Origin: an uncultured Alphaproteobacteria bacterium
Lineage (GTDB): Bacteria > Pseudomonadota > Alphaproteobacteria > CAAHEQ01 > UBA3637
Reading direction: 5' to 3'
DNA length: 64,000 nucleotides
NCBI GenBank assembly: GCA_944392785.1
Contig: CALXXW010000024.1
Location: 9,744 to 73,743, forward strand
Shown here: piece after piece, positions 57,648 to 64,000 of the stretch
Layout of the letters: every line of letters begins with the position of its first letter
Position numbering within the stretch: position 1 is the first letter of the stretch
The notes under the pieces: model-generated
The model's input: only the letters and a program-made list of their open reading frames with translations
Databases searched by the model: none
Told to the model about the DNA's origin: nothing
Program-made: the position numbers and the translations under genes

Positions 57648-58892
57648 TTAAGTTGCAAACCACGGTTGTGGATCTATCGGTTGCCCGCTTTTTCTGATTT
57701 CAATATACAGTGTCGGATTACCTTTTTTTAAGACACCTATAGGTTCACCCGTTAAAATCTCCTGACCGACACCGACATTCATACGCTCCATCCCAGCCAA
57801 CAGCGTCATATACTCATCGCCGTTATCAATAATCATCAACTGTCCATAATTTTTAAAGGGGCCGGCAAACAAAACCGTTCCGTCAAAAGGTGCGACCACA
57901 TGAGCCGCGGGACGAGCCTTCAAGGTTATCCCTTTTGTATGGGCACCAGAACTTGTCGTCTCCCCGAAAGCCTGCACAATTTGTCCACGCGCCGGAAGCT
58001 GTAAAGAACCGCGAGATTTTTCAAATAAGCCCGTCGTTGTATCATTCACAAAAACCGAATCTCGAGGCATCAAATGAGTGGATTGACCCGGCCGCAAGCG
58101 ACTGCTCCGCTCCACCAAGCGCCGTGTCGTTTGCATTCGCTCTTGTCGTTTTAACTCGGCCCGTCGTTTTTGCTCTGCCTCTAATTTTTGCAATAAATCT
58201 TTTAGATCGCTTGCCTGAACGGCCAATGTTTCGGCACGTTGTTTAGCTTGTTGATGTGACACGTCATACTGCGCCTGCAACAAGGCTTTTTGTTGTAAAA
58301 GCCGATCCATTTGTTCGGTTCTTTCTGACAACTGAGCCGTTGTTGTTTTAATTTCCAAAATTTGGGATTGCAACTCTGAACGGACTTGTGTCAACTCAGC
58401 TAAATCCGAACGCACTTTATCGTTTGTATGTGCCACGGTTGGTAAGACATCTCGCATCAACGCCTGTCCGCGCAATAAAGAGACCGGCCCCTGCGAGGAA
58501 ATCCACAACAGCTCTCGAGGACGTAAAGCCATTGTTTGTAGTCCGCTGACCAACTGAACCACCTGGGCATCTGTCAAAGCCATTTTCTGTTCCAGTTCTT
58601 TTTCTCGTTTTTCCAGTTGATCCCGCCTTTGTTCCAAATCGCTCAGAGCTTCTTCCTTTGTCTGAACCGTCTTAGCCAAAGCAATCATGCGCTGTTGGAC
58701 ATCTTTGACTTCTTGAGAGAGGGCATCTGCTTTTCGGCGACTTTCTTGCTGTGTTGCTCGTTCTTGCCGAAGTTGCGTTTCAAGTTGTCGCAAATCGGCA
58801 CGTGTCGGAGCTGCTTTGACCGCAACACTTGACAACACAACACTTGACAACACAGCAACCATCGTCACACATCTGAGCAGCAGATTCCTCAT
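57648..58892 (-). CDS. coiled-coil M23 peptidase-domain protein (EnvC-like murein hydrolase activator/endopeptidase)
   Basis: Signal peptide, a long N-terminal coiled coil, and a C-terminal LytM domain. Position in the conserved alphaproteobacterial gpmI-M23-ctpA-rppH cluster. Confidence 0.8.
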   Translation of the reverse strand: MRNLLLRCVTMVAVLSSVVLSSVAVKAAPTRADLRQLETQLRQERATQQESRRKADALSQEVKDVQQRMIALAKTVQTKEEALSDLEQRRDQLEKREKELEQKMALTDAQVVQLVSGLQTMALRPRELLWISSQGPVSLLRGQALMRDVLPTVAHTNDKVRSDLAELTQVRSELQSQILEIKTTTAQLSERTEQMDRLLQQKALLQAQYDVSHQQAKQRAETLAVQASDLKDLLQKLEAEQKRRAELKRQERMQTTRRLVERSSRLRPGQSTHLMPRDSVFVNDTTTGLFEKSRGSLQLPARGQIVQAFGETTSSGAHTKGITLKARPAAHVVAPFDGTVLFAGPFKNYGQLMIIDNGDEYMTLLAGMERMNVGVGQEILTGEPIGVLKKGNPTLYIEIRKSGQPIDPQPWFAT

Positions 58893-58893
58893 C

Positions 58894-60423
58894 TTAGTCC
58901 TTTTTCAACAACGAGTGTCCTGTCATTTCCTCCGGTTGAGGCAATCCCATTAACGCCAACAGTGTCGGAGCCACATCCGACAACCGACCATCTTCCAAGC
59001 CCGAAACACCTGCCGCATTGACCAAAACAGCCTGGACCGGCGTCGCGGTATGAGCCGTATAAGGGGCTCCTGTTATCTCATCTTTCATTTTTTCTGCATT
59101 GCCGTGATCTGCCGTGACAAACATGGCTCCGCCAACATCCGTTATGGCCTGAACCAAGCGTCCCAAACAACTGTCAACGGCCTCTACGGCCTTAATAGCA
59201 GCTTCTAAAACACCTGTATGACCGACCATATCACCGTTGGCATAATTGACAATGATGGCATCGAATTTACCTGATCGAATTGCCTCGACCAATTTATCCG
59301 TCACTTCATAGGCCGACATTTCCGGTTTCAGATCATAGGTTGCCACCTTGGGACTGGCCACCAAAATACGCTCTTCTCCGGGGAATAACGTTTCTTTACC
59401 GCCGTTAAAAAAGAAAGTGACATGTGCATACTTTTCCGTTTCAGCGATACGCAGCTGTGTTTTTCCGGCTTTGGACAACACCTCTCCGAAAATGTTTTTT
59501 AGGTCTTCCGGAGGGAATAACACCTTCATCCAAGCATTGTGATCGGTTGAATACTCTGTCATCGCCACGGCATCAGAAAAGTGCACGACGCGTATGCGCG
59601 AAGCCAGATTAAAATCCGGTTGCAGCAACATTCTGGTAATCTCTCGCGCCCGATCCGAGCGATAGTTAGCCATTACCACGGCATCTCCGTCATGCATACC
59701 TTGATAGGAACCCAGCACACAAGGAATCACAAATTCATCATAAACAGAGGCCGCGTATGACGCTTCTATAGCCGCATCGGCCGTTTCAAAGCGAGCCCCT
59801 TCGGCGTTGACCAAAGCACGATAGGCTTTATCCACACGCTCCCAACGATTATCACGATCCATCGCGTAATAACGACCGGAAAGCGTCCCCAGAGACACAT
59901 GCGGCATTTGAGCAATTTTTTCACACAGCTCGGCCACAAACCCTCGCGCAGAATCCGGCGGAGTATCTCGTCCGTCCAAAAAACCGTGGATTACAACGGA
60001 TACGCCGTGTTTGCTTAAAATATCCGCCAACGCCACAATATGTGTTTGTTGTGCGTGAACGCCGCCGGGTCCCAACAGCCCCATCAAATGGCATACACCC
60101 GTTGCTGCCTTGACCTTTTGAATCAGCTGTTGCAAAACAGGGTTTTGTGCCAAAGCACCGGAAGCGATGGCTTGGTCGATGCGAGGTAAATCCTGCATAA
60201 CGACGCGACCGGCGCCAAGATTCGTATGTCCGACCTCTGAATTTCCCATTTGCCCTGCCGGCAAGCCGACATCTAATCCGGAAGTCTGCAACATAGCCGT
60301 TGGCCATTCACGAATCAACCGATGCCATACCGGTGTTTGCGCCATTTCAATAGCATTATTTTCTTTTTCTGCGCGGTATCCCCATCCATCCAAAACGCAG
60401 AGCATAATCGGTTTTTGTACCAT
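58894..60423 (-). CDS. gpmI: 2,3-bisphosphoglycerate-independent phosphoglycerate mutase
   Basis: PIMLCVLDGWGYR, the metal-binding Ser region, and ADHGNAE near the C-terminus. Start taken at Met14 of the tracked ORF. Confidence 0.92.
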   Translation of the reverse strand: MVQKPIMLCVLDGWGYRAEKENNAIEMAQTPVWHRLIREWPTAMLQTSGLDVGLPAGQMGNSEVGHTNLGAGRVVMQDLPRIDQAIASGALAQNPVLQQLIQKVKAATGVCHLMGLLGPGGVHAQQTHIVALADILSKHGVSVVIHGFLDGRDTPPDSARGFVAELCEKIAQMPHVSLGTLSGRYYAMDRDNRWERVDKAYRALVNAEGARFETADAAIEASYAASVYDEFVIPCVLGSYQGMHDGDAVVMANYRSDRAREITRMLLQPDFNLASRIRVVHFSDAVAMTEYSTDHNAWMKVLFPPEDLKNIFGEVLSKAGKTQLRIAETEKYAHVTFFFNGGKETLFPGEERILVASPKVATYDLKPEMSAYEVTDKLVEAIRSGKFDAIIVNYANGDMVGHTGVLEAAIKAVEAVDSCLGRLVQAITDVGGAMFVTADHGNAEKMKDEITGAPYTAHTATPVQAVLVNAAGVSGLEDGRLSDVAPTLLALMGLPQPEEMTGHSLLKKD

Positions 60424-60574
60424 TTTTGATTTTCCTTTTCTGATAAAATAAACTTTGTTCATTCGGTATTATAAGTTAAAAATAAAAAAAAGTGTATCAT
60501 TTTTTTAAAAAAGCGTGCTTTTCTAAAAAAAAAGAGTATACTAAGAAAAGTTATTAGGTAAAAGAGAGAGGCTG

Positions 60575-61552
60575 ATGATTTATCAAAAAACCTTTTCGCT
60601 TGTATTGGCTCTTGTGATTTCCGGGCTTATAATGGCTACCACAGCCGTGGGCCTATGGTTATATCACATCCCATTATGGCTTTATTCCCTTTTACTGATA
60701 CTATCGACCGTCCCTGCGTTTATGGGGATTTTACGATTCGTTCAACAACGGCAAAATCTGCTGGAGAAACAAATCAATGAACGCACGCAAGAGCTGCAAA
60801 AAGCTTTACGCATTGCCGAAACTGCCAGTCAATCCAAGTCTGACTTTTTAGCTAATATGAGTCATGAATTACGAACGCCCTTAAATGCCATTCTTGGGTT
60901 TTCAAGCGCCATGGAACACGAAGCTTTTGGCCCTATCGAAAACCCGACTTATCGAGAGTATGCCGGCCGTATTTATAAAAGCGGTGCCCATTTATTAGAG
61001 CTGATTAACGATATTTTGGATTTATCAAAGATTGAGGCGGATAAACAAGTTGTCCATTCCGAATGGCTCAAAATAGACACCGTATTGAATGATGCTCTTC
61101 AAATTGTTTCCGGATATCCCGATGCGACGGCCAGGACTATTACCGTCCAGCCTCACAATCAACTTCCCAAACTGTTAGCCGATGAAAAATTGGTCCGGCA
61201 AATGATTTTAAACATTCTTTCCAATGCCATTAAATTCACCAAAGAAAACGGACATATCCGTGTTATGCTTTCCGAAGATGAGGGAGGTACTTTTACATTA
61301 GCCGTCTCAGATGACGGGATAGGCATTCCGGCCGATAAAATTGCGACGCTGGCACAACCCTTTATACAATTAGAAAATGTCATGACTCGTTCACATAAAG
61401 GCTCGGGTCTGGGGCTGGCATTGGTGGATCGGATTATGAAATTGCATGGCGGTCAAATGAAAATTGAAAGCCAACTGGGACAAGGGACAACCGTGTCTTT
61501 GATTTTCCCAGCAATGCGAATCGAAAATAAAAACGACATTGTCATTGCGTGA
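60575..61552 (+). CDS. membrane sensor histidine kinase (two TM + PleC/DivJ-like HisKA/HATPase)
   Basis: FLANMSHELRTPLNAILGFSSAM, FGP..NP.Y.EY motif, ILSNAIKFT, DDGIGIP, GSGLGLALV. Confidence 0.85.
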   Translation: MIYQKTFSLVLALVISGLIMATTAVGLWLYHIPLWLYSLLLILSTVPAFMGILRFVQQRQNLLEKQINERTQELQKALRIAETASQSKSDFLANMSHELRTPLNAILGFSSAMEHEAFGPIENPTYREYAGRIYKSGAHLLELINDILDLSKIEADKQVVHSEWLKIDTVLNDALQIVSGYPDATARTITVQPHNQLPKLLADEKLVRQMILNILSNAIKFTKENGHIRVMLSEDEGGTFTLAVSDDGIGIPADKIATLAQPFIQLENVMTRSHKGSGLGLALVDRIMKLHGGQMKIESQLGQGTTVSLIFPAMRIENKNDIVIA

Positions 61553-62385
61553 TGAAGAAAGGAGAAAAAATGGGATTTTTATCGAATTTATTTAGGCCAA
61601 AACACAAAGAAATCACCGAATCCGATTTACGACGAGCCTTACAAAATGAAGAATTCATATTCTACTATCAACCTGAATGGGATTTAAAAACCGGTGAAGT
61701 GTTAGGAGTTGAAGCTTTGGTTCGTTGGGAATCCCCCTCAGGTATTATTCCTCCGAACGATTTCATTCCCATTTTGGAAAAGACCGGCATCATTCATGAA
61801 TTCACGCCTTATCTTCTTGAAAAGACGTTGACGGATTTAAAGCGTCTGCATTTGGCGGGCTATACATCCTTATTTTTATCAATCAACTTGTCCATGATTC
61901 AGCTACAGGATGCCGAGCTTCCTCAAAAAATCACCAATGCTCTGAATAACGCTGCCATCTCAACGGACAAGTTGGAGTGTGAAGTCACCGAAACACAGGC
62001 CATCAAAAAACCGGCCTTGGAAATCAAAACATTGGAAAAGTTGCGTGAACTGAATATCCGACTTTCTATTGATGATTTTGGCTCCGGCCATTCCTCTTTC
62101 AATTATTTACGTGAATTGAATACCCAAAAGCTGAAAATTGACAGAGAATTTATCAACAGCTTGTTTGAGAAAAAAAGCAATGAGACCATCTTACAAACAA
62201 TCATAACATTGGGACATAATTTAGGACTGATTGTGCTGGCCGAAGGCATTGAAACCAGCGAACAGGAAAGATGGCTACGCGAAAACGGATGTGATGTCGG
62301 TCAAGGCTTTTGGTTTTCGAGAGCTTTGCCCATTAACATGCTGATACCTTTTTTGGAAAATCAAAAGATTAAAAAGTTGATATAA
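61549..62385 (+). CDS. EAL-domain c-di-GMP phosphodiesterase (stand-alone EAL)
   Basis: EALVRW, DDFGSGHSSF, EGIET and QGFWFSRALP, which is a complete catalytic EAL motif set. 4-nt overlap with the upstream kinase gene. Confidence 0.85.
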   Translation: MMKKGEKMGFLSNLFRPKHKEITESDLRRALQNEEFIFYYQPEWDLKTGEVLGVEALVRWESPSGIIPPNDFIPILEKTGIIHEFTPYLLEKTLTDLKRLHLAGYTSLFLSINLSMIQLQDAELPQKITNALNNAAISTDKLECEVTETQAIKKPALEIKTLEKLRELNIRLSIDDFGSGHSSFNYLRELNTQKLKIDREFINSLFEKKSNETILQTIITLGHNLGLIVLAEGIETSEQERWLRENGCDVGQGFWFSRALPINMLIPFLENQKIKKLI

Positions 62386-62417
62386 ACATAGAGCACACAG
62401 ATATAGGCATCAAAGAC

Positions 62418-63701
62418 ATGAATCATTTACGCAAACCGGAGCTTCTTTTACCGGCTGGTTCTTTGGAGCGCTTAAAGACCGCTTTTTTATACGGAGCCGA
62501 TGCCATTTATGCCGGCATGCCGGGTGTTTCACTTCGTAATAAAACATCTTTTACGATGGATGATATGCAAGAAGGTATCACCTATGCGCATACGTTGGGT
62601 AAAAAGGTATATCTGACAATTAATTTATTTACACACAATCACGATTTAGAGCGACTGGAAGCCTTTATCAGTCACCTTTCCGACCTTAATCCCGACGGTG
62701 TTATTGTTGCTGATCCCGGCGTATTTGGTTTACTTAAACAACGTCTTCCGCAACTGCCTTTACATATTTCAACCCAAGCCAATGTCTGCTCCAGCCTAAC
62801 CGTCCGGTTTTGGAAAGAACAAGGCGCGGCTCTTTGCGTGTTGGGACGAGAGGTTCCTTTGAAGGAAATCAAGGAAATTCGAGAAGACTGTCCCGATATT
62901 CGTCTTGAAACCTTTATTCACGGAGCTCTGTGTGTCAGCTATTCGGGACGCTGTCTTCTCTCTAATTTTATGACCGGACGCAGTGCTAACAAAGGGAATT
63001 GTGCGCATGCTTGCCGTTGGAAGTATCACCTGTATACGGGGCCGGATGAAGATCGGGCATACTACCTAGAGGAAGAAACGCGCCCCGGAGAGCTGATGCG
63101 TATTGATGAAGATGAACACGGCACGTATATTATGAATTCTCGTGATTTATGCTGGATGCCTCGCCTGGACGAGATATTACCGATTGGCATTGATTGCTTT
63201 AAAATTGAAGGACGCAATAAATCGGAATATTATGCCGCCATCACGGCACGCGCTTATCGCCAAGCCATTGATGATTGGTTTCAAGATCCGGAACATTGGA
63301 GCTCTGAACCATATGTTGCCGAGTTAATGACGCTGCAATCACGTGGTTGGACGGTTGGTTTTCTGGACGGGAATGCGGGACCCGAAGCACAAAATTATGA
63401 TGTTTCGGCCAGTACGGGAGCATGGCGCTATGCCGGTCTTGTTCGCGGCGTTAGCGAAAACGGCTTGCGTATGGAAATTAAGCATAAAATATCTCGCGGT
63501 ATGGTTTTAGAGTTTTTATCACCCTATCAATTCCAGCCCATTCGTATAACCGTCAAAGATTTTTATGATGCTCGCACGGGCAATATGGCTGAAAACCTGT
63601 CTTCCGGACATTTGGGGCAGGCTATTGACATTCCTCTTTCCCCCGATGTCATAAGGCTTTTACCGCCTCTTTCCGTCGCACGAACGCACCTATCAGATTA
63701 A
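62418..63701 (+). CDS. peptidase U32 family protein (427 aa)
   Basis: ELLLPAGSLERLKTAFLYGADAIYAG, FIHGALCVSYSGRCLLS and CAHACRW form the canonical U32 core. Confidence 0.85.
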   Translation: MNHLRKPELLLPAGSLERLKTAFLYGADAIYAGMPGVSLRNKTSFTMDDMQEGITYAHTLGKKVYLTINLFTHNHDLERLEAFISHLSDLNPDGVIVADPGVFGLLKQRLPQLPLHISTQANVCSSLTVRFWKEQGAALCVLGREVPLKEIKEIREDCPDIRLETFIHGALCVSYSGRCLLSNFMTGRSANKGNCAHACRWKYHLYTGPDEDRAYYLEEETRPGELMRIDEDEHGTYIMNSRDLCWMPRLDEILPIGIDCFKIEGRNKSEYYAAITARAYRQAIDDWFQDPEHWSSEPYVAELMTLQSRGWTVGFLDGNAGPEAQNYDVSASTGAWRYAGLVRGVSENGLRMEIKHKISRGMVLEFLSPYQFQPIRITVKDFYDARTGNMAENLSSGHLGQAIDIPLSPDVIRLLPPLSVARTHLSD

Positions 63702-63750
63702 CTTCCTGTTAACCTTTAAATAACTTTTTGAAAAAAGGAAAAAAAAGGTG

Positions 63751-63779
63751 TTGCAAATTATTTTTTTTCATCATATATT
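63751..63779 (+). promoter_or_regulatory. sigma70-type promoter (TTGCAA-17-TATATT) for the DUF2934 gene
   Basis: -35 at 63751..63756, a 17-nt spacer, and -10 at 63774..63779, 37 nt before the ATG. Confidence 0.45.
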
Positions 63780-63816
63780 GAGGCTGTTGTATAAGAAATC
63801 ATAGGGAGTTTTAATC

Positions 63817-64000
63817 ATGACAAACAAAATTAATGAAGAAAATATCCGCGTTGCCGCTTATTATATTTGGGAACAAGCCGGACGTCCGCAAGGGGCTGAA
63901 GTTGAATGCTGGTTTAAAGCGTGTGAGCAATTATGCGCCGCTACCAAACCTTCTTTGAAGAAAGCAGGACAAAAAAAGGCTGCCGTCAAAACATCTCCGT
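63817..64000 (+). CDS. DUF2934 family protein, 3' end truncated by the window end
   Basis: IRVAAYYIWEQAGRPQGAEVECWFKA is the DUF2934 signature. The ORF runs off the window. Confidence 0.55.
   Translation, partial: MTNKINEENIRVAAYYIWEQAGRPQGAEVECWFKACEQLCAATKPSLKKAGQKKAAVKTSP

Noticed and set aside
1-64000. CRISPR arrays, IS elements, integrases, prophage genes
   Set aside because: No short direct repeats with regular spacers and no transposase or integrase-like ORFs were found. The only mobile-element-like signal is the 29-nt repeat near tRNA-Ser.

Overview
Read as a chromosomal segment of a moderately AT-rich alphaproteobacterium, judged from the DivK single-domain response regulator, alpha-type SspB and PleC/DivJ-like histidine kinases. 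Gene density is high and most genes are housekeeping: secA, mutY, rluD, accA, rpsT, rnr, fabD, murJ, rppH, ctpA, gpmI, lpxC, mlaA/mlaC, mpl/ldcA, tRNA-Ser. A flagellar gene cluster lies between 4.3 and 8.3 kb: flhG, flhF, an apparent FliF-FliG fusion and a possible small upstream membrane ORF. A bifunctional adhE sits under a consensus sigma70 promoter. The stand-out feature is a ~4.8 kb gene at 27462..32267 (minus strand), which encodes a 1601-aa protein with a type IV prepilin-like N-terminus (leader ending in G, Glu at +5, hydrophobic helix). Its ectodomain is roughly 1500 aa of cysteine-rich tandem repeats with an ephrin-receptor-like/furin-like pattern; the repeats include a ~750-bp tandem duplicated module. 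The gene is co-oriented with an Slt lytic transglycosylase, whose stop codon overlaps its SD sequence, and faces a convergent GT1 glycosyltransferase. Several conserved enzymes appear to carry degenerate catalytic motifs: the dUTPase homolog, the FlhG P-loop Lys replaced by Arg, a mini ClpB-like ATPase without N- and M-domains and with a degenerate D1 Walker B, and an Asd-like protein without the catalytic Cys. Together with Sel1 repeats and eukaryote-like Cys repeats, this suggests a host-associated lifestyle with relaxed selection. No CRISPR array, IS element or integrase was seen. All coordinates come from the ORF track, adjusted by eye for likely start codons. Homology calls are motif recall, not database searches.
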